Counted from the first letter of the whole stretch, positions 11,371 to 25,370 are shown. The stretch: DNA of 63,647 nucleotides, filler included, from Basidiobolus ranarum (GCA_040143965.1; 45 parts of 45 records of this genome joined end to end with filler, not necessarily neighbours in it), one strand, 5' to 3'. Notes: a model not told the origin generated them from the letters alone. Translations and numbers: made by a program.

Positions 11371-12690
11371 AGAGACTAATCACAACAAGATTCTTGTATT
11401 TTTTGATTCTCATTTTGGCTGGAATACAAAGCCTAAAATATCTAAATAAAGGCATGCATATTGAATCAAATTCCTACAACAGTAAGCCCAATAATTTGCC
11501 ATTCAAAAATTACTTAATGCAAAAATTGCCAGATATTGAATAATGCAGGCCAAATTTGAGGATCAATATTTTAACATTTATGAGTACCATCAAAATACCA
11601 TCAAGAAACCACCATCACACCATCCAAATCCCTGGCAGAATACAAGCCACTGAAATTGTGACAGTTCTCTGATGGTTTTGCTATTTTGGAGGGTGGATCC
11701 AATCCAGATCAAATCAATTTTGCTTTTGTTAGAGGACCATAATAGATATGGTGTGGGATTGATTGAAATCCCATATGAGAAAGGATGGAGGAAGCAGCAT
11801 ATTGCTGTAGCTCAAGTACAGCATTCTCAAGGTCTTGCATCATTGTTGAGTGACTCTCTGATTGTAGGCTGGTTGCTTTAGAACACTGCATTAATTGCAA
11901 TATTGTGGCATTATTGCTTGCCACAGCCTGTATGGCAACTTCATGGTTCTTACATATGATGCATACAAACCGTAATGGTGGTGTGCCTCAGATTTCTTTG
12001 TTGTATTAGTTATATATCCAAATTTTCTTCAGAGGGTTGATCAAAAGTTGGCAAAGTAGCAATTTTAAAAGTTTTTGGTCTAGATGGTGTTTCTTTTGAA
12101 CCTTGCTTAACTATTGATTTACTACATGATTGGGGGATCACAATCTCTTTACTGGCACTATTGATGGAAAGTAACTCATATTTTAAGTTAATTGATGCTT
12201 CATCATTACTTGAGCTAGTTTCAGGCATGTTGATTCCTATGAAGATGGAGAGTGGATTGCCAGACTGCTCATCAATTAAGTCCTCAGTTCTTTCTGGTTT
12301 TTTTCCCTGTGTGCTAGCACACTTTTGATTGGAAGCCAATTTTGATTCAAATTTCAAAAGCATTTTGAATGGCATTGCAATATTAGGATGGTAAACTTGT
12401 TATAGTGAAATTGCTTGGATATAGCTTTTAATGAACCAAATTGCCATTCATTACTGGAAATATTTTGTAAATCCCCTGATGACTCATCTGTGACACCATC
12501 TCAGAACCAGCTGATGATATTGATGGGTTATACCAAAAATACCACCCTTATGTGGGAGGTGTTCTTTTTTCTTCAACATCCGTCTCATGCTGCAACACAA
12601 ACATTTAAAGAAGCCCTGCTATCATTGTCACAAATTCTTGTGCTATGAAAGCTGGAGGCTTCATAGAAAAAATAATCACAAGCACGGTCA
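11371..12690. mobile_element. CACTA-like element: transposase-side end (to 11734) abutting the ORF1/promoter region of another copy
   Basis: The end reads ...TTTTGTTAGAG, the reverse complement of CTCTAACAAAA. ORF1 homology (EDLIDEQSGNPLS) lies on the minus strand. Confidence 0.8.
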
Positions 12691-12790
12691 NNNNNNNNNN
12701 NNNNNNNNNNNNNNNNNNNNNNNNNNNNNNNNNNTTAATTAATTAANNNNNNNNNNNNNNNNNNNNNNNNNNNNNNNNNNNNNNNNNNNN

Positions 12791-14091
12791 CTAACGTGTA
12801 GAATATGTTAAGGAAGGTCCCAGGAACATATGTGCAAAGTTTGGGGCTTCTAGCACAAGTTTGAAAAATCTATATATCTGAGAACTTCTAAGTTGGTAAA
12901 AGTATTCTAAGTAAATTCTGATTGAGAATAATTGATAATATCTTAGTGAGTTATAAGATAACTAAGTACTAAGCTATATATGACTATATAGGTGTTTAGG
13001 CAATGCTAATTTCAACAGATTCTACCAAGAACAATCCCTAACTGTGGTGTGAAGATAACACATCATGTAAACCAACATGCACATGAACTCATGCATTTAA
13101 CCACATGCTGCTAGAACCATGAAACTTAGAAATGATCAGTTTGAGGTGAGGTGGAGTATAAATAATTGGCATTGAAGTAGAGAAGACAGACACACCTTGT
13201 GAATATACAGTATTAGGTAGTGATTTCTGGTTGCAGCAGTTTTCATGATCTGTTACATGCCCTCTGCTGTGACAAGATAACAACTGGCACCTAGGGGCTT
13301 GCCTGAATACTAATTTGGGGTGAAAAACTATCTTTGTCTCTTTAAATTTAATCTGTTACTTTTGTAACTGCAGTTGAGACTTCTTTAGTAAAAAGTGCTT
13401 AAGACATTAGTGGTGCCCTAAGAAGTGTAGAGATTCACACAGTCTGAACATCTATATACTCATAAATACTTTAGTGTTTAGTCACTTCATGTTTCACTAA
13501 GCTATTGTCCATTGCTCTGATTTAGAATAAGCTTAGAATATCTCAATCAACTTAGTAGTTCTCAGATATATGGATCTTTCAAACTTATTGTAGAGGTCCC
13601 AAATCTTGCACACAAGTTCCTGTGATCTTTCTTAATAAATCTTGCATGTCTTTTTGCTTACCTGTTGCCAAACAATCATTATCACCTTTGTACTCAATAA
13701 TTCAATTAGTGAAATATATTAGTACTACAATTTCTCTTAATCTCTTCCAACATGTTTCTGAGGTATTGGATAATTCTTGGATAATTAATCTTTATTCAAC
13801 ATCTTAGTTAACTTCAGTTATGATACATATTTCAGAAACAGAAAGCAATGTATCAATAGCCCCTATATTCTAAATAGCAATATCTCTATATCTATATAAC
13901 AAGTATGTCTTATTACCCCCACATATCTACTATATCTTATTACATAAACCCCTGAATATCTCAAACAATTGATTTACTTCTCTACCATATATGGCACCAT
14001 ATTCTCTTAAGAATAAAGTAACTAGAAAACACTATCATAAGTTGCCTCTAAAATACAAAGTCTATCCCCATAATATCAAGATCTTCCAACA
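12791..14091. repeat. Cluster of LTR fragments: LTR-A end (12791-13017), LTR-A-like piece (about 13490-13640), LTR family D (about 13775-14091)
   Basis: Direct similarity to 32873-33220, 45383-45605 and 47902-48110, with ...CAACA termini. Confidence 0.8.
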
Positions 14092-14720
14092 TGTTAGCAG
14101 TGAGTGAATTNNNNNNNNNNNNNNNNNNNNNNNNNNNNNNNNNNNNNNNNNNNNTTAATTAATTAANNNNNNNNNNNNNNNNNNNNNNNNNNNNNNNNNN
14201 NNNNNNNNNNAGAAATCAAATAGTGATGAGAAATGAGTGAGATATTTCTATCGAATTCAACTATTATTATAAAGGGAATTTCATACAATTTTCCCAAAAT
14301 TTCCATTGAATTCTTATGAATTTGATTGAATAAATGAATGGATGGATTGTGAATGATAATATAAGATGTTCATGATTTTTCTAGTAATTCAACATTTTAC
14401 TTGTATTAAATTCCACAAATAGGTATTTGATGGACCTATCAGTAATATATACATTCGGATAAGAATCTAAAGGAAACTTAATATCACCTTTAAAGAAATG
14501 AATGGTATGTAATGGATATTGAAATATCTGGATAGAAAAACTCTACTGAGTGGGCAGAGAAAATGAACATAGTCAAGAATTGTATGGGAAGAAAAACAAT
14601 CAAGATGAATTTTAAAATGGAAACTTTGAAAGTGTTAAATACAACCAATTTTATTAGGTCAGAAATACTCTAACCCTAGCCAGATGACTGTACACTATAA
14701 TAGGCCAATATTGAGATTAT

Positions 14721-15054
14721 TGTTAAAGTATTTGGGTGCCTGTTGGAAGGGGTTTGGAGAATTAGAGAAATTGGTGGATTTCACTTATTGAGTTGACATT
14801 TATAGTTTTATCAAAATGTAAGCAAACTAACGTGTAGAATGAGTTAAGGAAGGTCCGAGGAACATATGTGCAAAGTATGGGGCTTCTAGCACAGGTTTGA
14901 AAAAATCTATATACCTGAGAACTTCTCAGTTGGTGTCAATATTCTAAGCAAATTCCTCTTGAGAATAATTGATAATATCTTAGTGAAATATAAGATAACT
15001 AAGTACTAAGCTATATATGACCATATAGGTGTTGAGGCAATGCTAATTTCAACA
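14721..15054 (-). mobile_element. Solo LTR of Copia family A with 5-bp target-site duplication ATTAT
   Basis: ATTAT|TGTTAAAG...TTTCAACA|ATTAT. It is the reverse complement of the 5' LTR at 32873-33220. Confidence 0.92.
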
Positions 15055-15630
15055 ATTATCAATTATCTATTTTTATTTCCATTCCTATTTCTATTTCTAC
15101 AATGTAATAACTTCCAAAATACTTGGATTCAACACAAAAATTAGGAAAGAATTTCCAGAATCCAATGATTTCTACTATATCACTAATAAAAGATCAGAAA
15201 ATTCTCAGTCTGGTGTACTACACTTTCATTTCTATATTCTCCATCTGGTTCATTGGATGTAATTTAATCGGACTTCTTTTCATTCTGTGAATTGAATAGG
15301 AGATTCACTTCATTCGTACAAATTGAGTTTCATCTGGAGGTGGATGTGAAAATAGGGGTAATGTTTGAAGAGGAGATCAGTTCAATTTCAATACTTCTGA
15401 CTTGTTACACAACAACTATATGAATCATCAATCGGATTCACATGGATATAGTAATATCCTACATCATCAAATATCGCCCTCGGGGTATGTGTGGGGGGGT
15501 GGGGGGGGGGTTTGTATGAAATGGAATTACNNNNNNNNNNNNNNNNNNNNNNNNNNNNNNNNNNNNNNNNNNNNTTAATTAATTAANNNNNNNNNNNNNN
15601 NNNNNNNNNNNNNNNNNNNNNNNNNNNNNN

Positions 15631-16950
15631 TAACATAAGCAATGCATCCAAAGATCCTCAAATGTTTTACATCAGGTTTAACTCCAAACCAAGCTTGATA
15701 TGGTGTAGAGTTAGACAGACGTCTAGTAAAACTCCTATTCTTCAGATATACTGTAGTAGCAACTGATTCTGCCTAAAAGTTATAAGATGAATTTTGTGCA
15801 TTTATCAAAGATCTTGCAATTTCTACTATAGTCCTTTTGCTCATTTGGCAACTCCATTTTGTTGAGGTGAATAGGGAGCAGTAGTTTCTTGCTTAATTCC
15901 ATGAACTTTGCAAAAGTGCTTAAATAGTGTTGAAGTATATTCTCCACAATTTTCAGTAAATAGTTTCTTAATCTTAGTTCCAGTTTCAGTCTCCACAAGT
16001 GCTTTAAAATCTCTAAAGATAGGGAGAGCTTCTTCTTTTCTGTCCATAAAGGAGACCCAAGTATATCTTGTATAATTGTCAATAAATGTGATTAAATATC
16101 TTTTTCCACCTATAGGTAAATTTTGCATAGATCCACATAAATCTGAATGAATTAGATCCAATTTTTGACAGATTTGATTAAACCAGAGCTCTTGAATGGT
16201 TGCCTAACTTGTTTTACACATATACAACCCTCACAAATTTCCATTTTGGTTAGGGGGTTATTTTGAATTCCAGAAATTAGGAAATTTTTGATCATTTTGC
16301 TTAAATAATCAGATCCAATATGGCCAAATCTCTTATACCATGTTGAATAGTTTTGTGATTGGAATAACTTATATTTACACATAGAACTCTTGTATTATAT
16401 GTAAGTGTGTATAAGTTTTGCTCCTTTTCTCCGAAAGCTAAATAATCCCCTTTTGATCAGTGATGGTGCATCCTGACTTATCAAAATTGAATTTTAGCCA
16501 TTCTGAGGTTGTATTGAATACAGATATTAGATTCTTGGCAATATCTGGAACATGTAGTACATCCTTAAAAGTATATACTTTCTCTTTAGAAGCTCCAGTT
16601 AAATTGACTTAAATTGTTCCATTCCAACAGCATCCAATGTGTGGTCATCTCCCACGAAAACCTTTCTAGTTGGGATTTCTTCATATTCCACAAACCAATG
16701 TGTTTTATTTGTGCAATGTTAGGAAGCTCCAGAATCAATATGCCACATCTGAGAATCCTTCTTGGTAGTCATAGATAGAGCAGATATAAACAGTCATGTC
16801 TTTCTTGCATGACTTTGAGTCTAGAAGTGTGGTCTGGAATGTAAAGGTGCTTCTTATAAAACAAAAGATCATTGATGATAGAGAAATGGCGGTACAAGTT
16901 CAAGCTTGAGAGGTCTTTGGGTGTTTCCTGGGCTTTCATGATTGATTTTA
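15631..16950 (-). mobile_element. Copia family A protease-integrase fragment (to about 16795) followed by a short Gypsy pol piece
   Basis: IDSGAS, WYKRFGH, CEGC, IHSDLCG and PYSPQQNGVA. The tail matches the Gypsy family at about 37600-37750. Confidence 0.92.
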
Positions 16951-17050
16951 NNNNNNNNNNNNNNNNNNNNNNNNNNNNNNNNNNNNNNNNNNNNTTAATT
17001 AATTAANNNNNNNNNNNNNNNNNNNNNNNNNNNNNNNNNNNNNNNNNNNN

Positions 17051-18370
17051 AAACTTTGAGGCAAACTACAGTCAGTGGACTCAATAGGCAAAACTAAAGT
17101 CAATTTAGTGCACTTATTACTGTTGTTATACACCAGGCTTTGTGCAGCTGGTGGCTTTGTATGGTGACCATGCTTGTGATTATTTTTTCTATGAAGCCTC
17201 TGGCTTTCATATCACAAGAATCTCTGACAAAAATAGCAGGGCTTCTTTAAATGTTTGTGTTGCGGCATGGGAAGGATATTGGAGAAAAAAGAACACCTCC
17301 CACATAAGGGTGGTATTTTAGGTATAGCCCATTAATATCATCAGCTGATTCTGAGATGGTGTCACAGATGAGTCATGAGGGGATTTACAAGATATATCCG
17401 GTAATGGATGGCAATTTTGGTTTATTATAAGATGTTTCTAAGCAATTTCATTATACCAAGCTTACCATCTGAAAATTTCAATCCCATTCAAAAAGCATTC
17501 ACAATCTAAGTCAAAATTGGCTTCCAAGCCATAGCCTGCTAGCACAAAAGGAAAAAAACCGGCAAGAATAGTGGACTTAATTGATGAACAGTCTAGCAAT
17601 TCACTATCCACTTTGGAAGGCATTAACATGCCGGAAACTTACACAAGTAATGATGAAGCATTAATCCATTTACCAGATGTGTTCCTTTCCAGCAATAGTG
17701 CAAGTGAAGAGATTGTAATCCCCCAATTACATAGTAAATCAATAGCTGAGCAAAGTTCAACCAAAACACCATCAAGATCATCAACTTCCAAAATGGCTAC
17801 TTTGCCCTCTATTGAACAACCCTCCATAGAATAATTTGGATAGAAATATTACAATTAGGGAATTGCAGGCAGAACACCATATTGATTTGTATGCAATTGT
17901 AAGTAAAAACTATGAAGTTGCTATATAGGCCATGACAAGCAATGATGCCACAATATTGCAATTAATGCAGCATTTGGAAGCAACTAGTCAACAGTTGGAG
18001 GTTCACTCAACAATGATACAAGACCTTCAGAATGCTGTACTTGAGCTACAGCAACATGCTGCTCCCTCTGTCCATTCTCATACAGGATTTCAATCAATCC
18101 AACACCATACATATGAACTTCACTGTGCCAATCTAGCAGAGCAGAATATGTGTTTAACCTTTAAGCCTACACAACAACCCAAAATTGCTTGGGCACATGA
18201 AAGTAGAAATCTCATAGGAAAACTGGCAAGCCAAAAGACTCTGAATGTCAGAGCTGCCATCACTTGCTCTGATGATGAGTGGTTTAACAATTTGGAAACT
18301 GTGTGGAATCTTGCCTGAAATCAGCTGGATCTAAGTCAACTGTGGAAAAACCAAAAACCAGGCGTTACTC
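17051..18370 (+). mobile_element. CACTA-like element internal region: ORF1 remnant (+), divergent promoter and transposase 5' end (-)
   Basis: DLIDEQSS, ATILQLMQ and KIAWAHESRNL motifs. Homologous to eight other contigs in the window. Confidence 0.8.
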
Positions 18371-18470
18371 NNNNNNNNNNNNNNNNNNNNNNNNNNNNNN
18401 NNNNNNNNNNNNNNTTAATTAATTAANNNNNNNNNNNNNNNNNNNNNNNNNNNNNNNNNNNNNNNNNNNN

Positions 18471-19789
18471 ACATAGCAACCCACTGCTATTCCCAAGACA
18501 TATATTAGTTAGATCTGCTCTGCTTGTATATCCTGCTTAAACAGTTCTAAGATTCTGCACTTAACTGTTTCTTTGGTTCAGTAAAGTTCAAGACTTTTTA
18601 TCCACTTTTCTCTTGGACACAACAGATACATACTTGGATTCACCTGATTTCCAAAAGAGTACACCAGATTAGGGATCTACATTAAGACAGATAAGGACAG
18701 TAAGATGATACTTGTCTTACATTTAGATGATCTGATTATAGCAACCAATAATGATGAAGCCCTCAGGAATGCCAAAAGAGATCTATTAGTCCAATTCAAG
18801 ATGACCAATATAGATGAACTTGTATATTTTTTAGGTCTGCAGATCCATACAGATATATTGAGTAAATCTAATACTCTGAATCAATCTAAATACATCTCAA
18901 ACATTCTAAGATGTTACAGGATGAGGAATTTTAAGCCAGTAGCTACTCCCATAGATCCAGGGGTGTAACTAGTCAAAAATCCTATCCAAAATGATGAAAA
19001 TTGGCCAAATATGGCTCAAAATATGTCATTGGAAAGCCCTGAGTTCTTGTATCAATCTATGGTGGGTAGTTTGATCTGTGCTATGACTGGAACCCAAACC
19101 AATATCTCTTTTCCAGTGGGAGTAGTTAGCCAACATGTGCAAAACCCAGGATCTAAGCATTATGCAGCAGTTAGACGGATTTCAGAAATTTGAAGGGGAC
19201 AATTGATCTGGGATTAAGATACACATATTCTTATGAGAATAAGGATCAAATTGGGTTTAGTGATGCAAATTGGGGATGTGATATTGAGGACAAAAGATCC
19301 ATCACTTGATAGACCTTTGTCTATAGTGATGCAGCCATATCTTGGAATATCAAGAAACAACCCACCATAGCATTTTCAACAACTGAAGCAGAATACATTG
19401 CAGCATCACATACAAGAAAGGAAGTTATGTGGTTCAGAGAGCTGTTCAAAGACTTGGGCATTATTCAAAGTTCACCTACCATAATTTTCAATGATAATCA
19501 AAGTTGCATTTCTTTAGCTGAAAAACCCAAATTTCATACTAGAAGCAAGCACATTGATATTCAACATCACTTTGTTAGGGAAGCTATTGAGAGTAAGCAC
19601 ATCCAACTGGGGTACTGTCCAACAGAGGACATGATTGCTGACATCCTTACCAAACCATTACCTAAGCCTAAATTTGAAGAATTAAGATTTAAGTTAGGAT
19701 CATGATATATGAATATTTAGTTGAGTGGGAGTGTTGGAGTTTATTATCTTTATCATATTTGTTATCTCTATCTTTATACACCTAACTAT
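18471..19789 (+). mobile_element. LTR-F end (18471-18623) inserted in Copia RT-RNase H, then polypurine tract and LTR-B start (19732)
   Basis: LHLDDLII (YVDD-like), DNQSCI, RSKHIDIQHHFVRE and MIADILTKPL, then TTGAGTGGGAG|TGTTGG. Confidence 0.93.
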
Positions 19790-20734
19790 NNNNNNNNNNN
19801 NNNNNNNNNNNNNNNNNNNNNNNNNNNNNNNNNTTAATTAATTAANNNNNNNNNNNNNNNNNNNNNNNNNNNNNNNNNNNNNNNNNNNNAAGACTTTATG
19901 AGAAAAGATTATTTCTGATAATAGAACTATCAAAAATCCTCAATACTACAAGGGTAGATAAAACTCTGGTGGTTTCTCTAACTTGAAGTCTGAAGAAAAA
20001 GATATAGTTCTTTTGAGATTGGCAAAGACTTTGATTAAGAGTTGGATATATTCTATGACTGTAAAAGTGAAGATAACTATGAAAGAATCTGTACTGCAAT
20101 CTTCAATAGTCAAGCCTAGTTGAGTTGCAATAGGAATCTTTATTATCTTACTATGATACAGGGTAGAATATCTAGTCCAGAAAAGGATAAAAAATATGGT
20201 GTAGTTTTGGATGGTGCTAAGGCTAGAAGCTTTTTCACCAGGGGGAGGGGTTGCTTATATAAAGAAATAGTTTATAATAAATGCTCTGAATTGGTGGCTG
20301 AGAATAAATGCTATGAGTGGGTGGCTTAGCATTGAAGTGCCAATACGATCACTAATATAGCATCTGTGGTTTTGAAACTTTGAACACATCAGCATCCAGT
20401 ACTGTTGCAGCCCTGTGCCAAATTTGAAGAGAATCCATATGCTGGTTCAGAGGTTAGCACTAATATTGTGAGCATCCTGAGGTCCTGAATTCTTGTTTTC
20501 TGAATATATGCTAGTGTTGATTTTTGTGTTGGCAATTTTGAAATGGTTGTAGCTCCACCAATAATTGATCAAATGTTAAAATTCTTGCATGGTTGCAAAG
20601 CTCAAATTCAGGAGTTTCTGATTACAGCTTGAGTTACTATAATAAGCTAAGTATTGATGTGACTTGGGTGATGGAATATTCTTGTTCCTTTTTATGAGCA
20701 AGATACTGTTGGAATATTTCTAACACTACAATGA

Positions 20735-21208
20735 CCAGCTAGAGTACTGTCAAATGAGGACATGATTGCTGACATCCTTACCAAAACATTACCCAAGCCA
20801 AAATTTGAAGAATTAAGATATAAGTTAGGATTAGGAAATATGAATATTTAGTTGAGTGGGAGTGCTGAAGTTTATTGTCTTTATCATAATTGTTATCTCT
20901 ATCTTTATGCATCTAACTATTTCATATATTGCATATAAGCTAGTTAACATTACTTAGTCAAATATTACTTAACTGCAAATCAGATATTATAATATATATA
21001 TATATATGTGAATAATGTGAGAATTAGCAATTCTGTATTGGAAATTTCAAACTCATCCAAATTGCCCCAAAGATAGTGCATTTTACTCCCACAGATGTTC
21101 TGAACACAACCCCAGTGTTAGTTTTCTGTATTTCTACCAAAATGTATAAATGCTTTAATTCTGGACAAAAAAAACTTATCTCACATAGCTATTCACAACT
21201 CCACTTTT
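20735..21208 (+). mobile_element. Copia 3' end, polypurine tract and LTR-B (from 20863)
   Basis: EDMIADILTK, then GTTGAGTGGGAG and the LTR-B sequence shared with 11181, 19732 and the reverse complement at 32476-32545. Confidence 0.88.
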
Positions 21209-21308
21209 NNNNNNNNNNNNNNNNNNNNNNNNNNNNNNNNNNNNNNNNNNNNTTAATTAATTAANNNNNNNNNNNNNNNNNNNNNNNNNNNNNNNNNNNN
21301 NNNNNNNN

Positions 21309-21670
21309 TATCCATTGATAAATCACTATTAGTGCATCCTTGTTCAAGACCCTGCTGGCTGAGTTTACAGTTGTTTTTGATTGGATATACCCTTTTTATC
21401 TGATCATTCTCAAAGGACACTGAAGCCAGTATATTCTTTTGTCAAGGGCCAGCATATTATTCAACAGAAAGCTGCACATTGCATTGTGGTTTATCAGTCC
21501 TTAGACATCTCTAGAGGCTTGATTCCCTTTCACAAAGACCCAAGAGGCAAGAGACAGACCCATATTACGGTACATCCCAGAGTTATTCTACTGTGATTAT
21601 CACACCCTTTGAACACCTCAAAAAACCCTTAGGATATTGCAGTTATAGTTGCTCCTTACACCCTAAAACA
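21309..21670. repeat. Unclassified dispersed repeat, possibly an LTR
   Basis: Similar to about 32320-32475 (AGTGCATCCTTGT...ACAGTTGTTTTTGAT...ATATTCTTTTGTCAAGG). Confidence 0.5.
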
Positions 21671-22626
21671 ACTACAATGCCTGGTTTTTGGTTTTTTCAC
21701 AATTGGCTCAAATCCAGGTGATTTTGGGCAAGAGTCCACACAGTTTTCAAGATGTTAAACTACTCATAATCAGAGAAAGTGATGGCAGCTCTGACATTCA
21801 GAGTATTTTGGTTTGCCAGTTTTTGTATGAGATTTCTACTTTCATGTGCTCAAGCAATTTTGGGACATTGTGTAGGCTTAATGGTCTGACACATATTCTG
21901 CTCTACTAGATTGTCACGGTGATATTCATATGTATGGTGTGGGATCGATTGAAATCCCATAATAGAATGGATGGAGGGAGCAGCATGTTGCTGTAGCTCA
22001 AGTAGAGCACTCTGAAGGTCTTGTAGCATTGTTGAGTGACTCTCTAACTGTTGACTAGTTGCGTTGGAACACTGCATTAATTGCAATATTGCAGTGTTGT
22101 TGCTTCTCATGGCCTGTATAGCAACTTCATAGTTTTTACTTATGATTGCATACAAAACATTATGGTGTACTGCCTGTGATTCCCTTGTTGTAATGATTCT
22201 ATCCAAATTTTCTACAGAGGGTTGTTCCATAGTGGGCAAAATAGCTATTTTGGAAGTTGATGGTGTTGATGGTGTTTTGGTTGAACTTTACTCAACTATG
22301 GATTTACTATGTAATTGGGGTATTAAAATCTCTTCACTTGCTCTATCACTGGAAGGGAACACATCTAGTAAATTGATTAATGCTTCATCATTACTTGAGT
22401 TAGTTTCCAGCATGTTAATACCTTCCAAAGAAGATAGTGGATCACCAGACTGCACATCAATTAAGTCCTCCGTTCTTGCTGGTTTTTTTCCTTTTGTGCC
22501 AGCAGGCTTTGGCTTGGAAGCCAATTTTGACTTAGATTTTGAACGCTTTTTGAATGGCATTGAAATTTTCAGATGGTACACTTGGTGTATTGAAGTTGCT
22601 TAGAAACAGCTTATAGTAAGCCAAGA
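21671..22626 (-). mobile_element. CACTA-like element ORF1 remnant
   Basis: MPFKKRSKSKSKLASKPKPAGTKGKKP followed by the Q/L-rich coiled-coil-like segment. Confidence 0.8.
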
Positions 22627-22726
22627 NNNNNNNNNNNNNNNNNNNNNNNNNNNNNNNNNNNNNNNNNNNNTTAATTAATTAANNNNNNNNNNNNNNNNNN
22701 NNNNNNNNNNNNNNNNNNNNNNNNNN

Positions 22727-23954
22727 TGAAAATTACCAAGTGAGAATCAAGGCCTCTGACCTCCCCAAAACTGCCTTTACTATAGGATATGGATACTTTA
22801 AGTCCATGATACTCAGCTTTGGCCCAAAAAATGCACCTGCACTAAAGTATCAATAATGAATGAAGTCTCAAACATGTTTTGGAACAGGTTTGCCACAAAA
22901 TTCCCTGATAACATTCTGATCCATAGCCAAAATGAACAAGAAGAAGTCCAACACCTTCAGAAAGTCCTAGAGGCACTCAAGAAACATCAACTGGTTGCCA
23001 ACCAAATGTTGGTATTAATGAAAGAAGTAAAATATTTCAGTCATATGTTATCCAAAGAAGCTATTTCAATTGGCCAAAAGAAGATAAAAACTATATAAAA
23101 TTGGCCTTGCCCCATAACAGTAAAGGAACTTGGGTCCTTCTTGGGACTTGTAAGTTATTACACAAAGTTTGTCAGCATTATCTCTAAGATTTCTTTGCCT
23201 TTAACAAAGCTGCTATATAACAAAGAGCCATACCTTTGGCCAGGACCACAAGATGTAGCTTTTAAGCTGATATAGAAACTTGTCACCCATGCACCCAGAG
23301 CACAACCAATCTATAGCCTCTGAGTCAAACAAACTCACTCAAACTGAAATGAACTAAACTGTGAATGAAAAGGGACATTATGAAATATCAAAATGCTGTA
23401 AAACTTTGAGATGTAACTTAGAAGGAGCCAAGAAAACAGAGAAGACTGCTCCTGCCACTTCAAGACATCTACTGACACAGAAAGTACTAACAGGATGTGT
23501 TACCAGATAGATAGAGTACACACAAGGATTTGTCCATGTTATTCTGGGTATCTAAGGCAAGAGAAATGTAGTTACTGACCTTTTTCAAGTTGTTCCATCC
23601 ACAAAGATGAAGTCAATACTATAGTGGATCAGACTGAATGCCCAGGACTTCTACTAAGATACTGGAGTAATGGAAGTCTACCCACTAAATATAGCCAAGA
23701 AGTTATGAACTTGGTGACTTCAAAGCACTTGGAATTTACAGAAAAGATAGGACAATGTTTGAGAAAACATTCCACCACAACATCCCATACTTACCTGTGG
23801 TGCTGAGAACTGATTTAAAAGCCAAATTCCACCATGGCTATGGCCATTTGGGCTTTGCCTGAGTGTATAGCCTATTAGAAACAATGGGCCAGTGGCCAGA
23901 GATGTACAAAATTTGGTAAAAGCTTATCCTGAATGCCAACTAGCCCAAATCCCA
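22727..23954 (+). mobile_element. Decayed Ty3/Gypsy pol (RT, RNase H, integrase N-terminus)
   Basis: KTAF, FGPKNAPA, HLQKVLEALKKHQL, SFLGL.SYY and HGYGHLG remnants. Confidence 0.85.
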
Positions 23955-24044
23955 CCCTAACAAAAATAAAATCGATTTGATCCGGATCGGATCCACCCTC
24001 CGAAATAGCAAAACCGTCAGAGAACCGTCACAATATCGTTGGCT
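23955..24044. mobile_element. Terminus of the CACTA-like element (CCCTAACAAAAA), CpG-intact copy inserted in Gypsy
   Basis: Sharp junction. Matches 59046 onward and the reverse complements ending at 11734 and 54434. Confidence 0.8.
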
Positions 24045-24144
24045 NNNNNNNNNNNNNNNNNNNNNNNNNNNNNNNNNNNNNNNNNNNNTTAATTAATTAA
24101 NNNNNNNNNNNNNNNNNNNNNNNNNNNNNNNNNNNNNNNNNNNN

Positions 24145-25370
24145 TTGGGGAACAAAAATCAACCCACATGATCCAAAATCTGCTTGTTTCAGGCTTAGAA
24201 ATTCAAAATAACACTATATTGGATCTGTGTGAGGGTTGCATGTATGAAAAACAGCACAGATGGCTATTTTCAAGCTCTGGAGAGATCAAATCCACTCAGG
24301 ATTTTGCCCCTACTTAAACTCACTCATGTTGACCATGAAAAATGACTCACCCGGCAAGAAAAGGTACTTTATGACCTGTTTTGTTGACAAAAAAAGATAT
24401 ATTTGGGTATTCTTTCTCAAATCAAAATCTAAAGCCTTAGCTATGTTCAAGCTAAACAAGGTAATGGAACAGAAAGAATCAGCCCAAATAGTAAAGGTAC
24501 CAAGGAGTGATGATGGTGGAGAATACAGCTCTAAAGACTTTACTAGTTTTGGTTCTAAATGTGGAATCAATTAACAAACTACAGTACCTTGTACTCCAGA
24601 GCAAAATGGAGTTGTAGAATGTGCTAATAGAACTATGGTGGAGTTGGCAAGATCAATGTTACATGATCAAAAGTTAGATTACCAATATTGGTCTGAATCT
24701 GTCTCCACTGCAGTCTATGTCAAAAACAGATCCCCAACAAGATTGCTACAAGTTTCTGCTCCATTTGAGGCCCTACATTGATCACAACCAAGAGTGGATC
24801 ACCTCAGGATCTCTAGTTGCACAGCATATTGCAAAATTCCGGCTCAAAAAAGCTCTAACTTGGAACCCAATAGCAGAAAATGCATATTTCTTGGTTACTT
24901 TGATGGATCTAAGGCCTCAAGACTGTTTGATACCAAAAATCAGAAGTTGATCAAATGCAGTGATGTGATTTTTGATGAATAAGCAAAACTTTCACCTCCA
25001 ATCACAGTTCTTGATCTAGGAAACACAATCAGCACTATACAGAGGTTTCTGACAAAATTGCAGCTTTATCTGAGCCCTATTCAGCCACAATTCCAGTCTG
25101 AATTATATCAGATGATGATTCAGGACCCTGAAGATCATCCAGAAGGAGAAATAAGCCAGGAAACTGGTGGAACACTTCCAATGATAATGTACATGCTTAT
25201 GAAGCATTTTGTGAAAAGCCGCAGCCTCTGGATCAAGCTCTGGAGTGCCCAGAATCAAAATAATGGAAAAAAGCAATGTCTGATGAGTTTTCTTCACTTC
25301 AGGACAATCCAATGTGGGTTCTAAGTCCTCCACCATCAGGGAGAAAGCCAATAGCCTGCAAATTGGTCCA
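24145..25370 (+). mobile_element. Copia integrase to RT-start fragment
   Basis: CEGC, RSDDGGEY, PEQNGVVE and RKCIFLGY. Same family as 29814-31129 and 60926-62236. Confidence 0.92.

Noticed and set aside
13089..13320. CQLLSCHSRGHVTDHENC as a zinc knuckle of a Mutator-like or other element
   Set aside because: Non-canonical spacing, a single occurrence and no supporting flanking domain.
19890..20730. Possible further LTR or host gene
   Set aside because: CpG-poor and probably TE-derived, but it has no second copy, clear terminus or protein motif in the window, so it is left unassigned.
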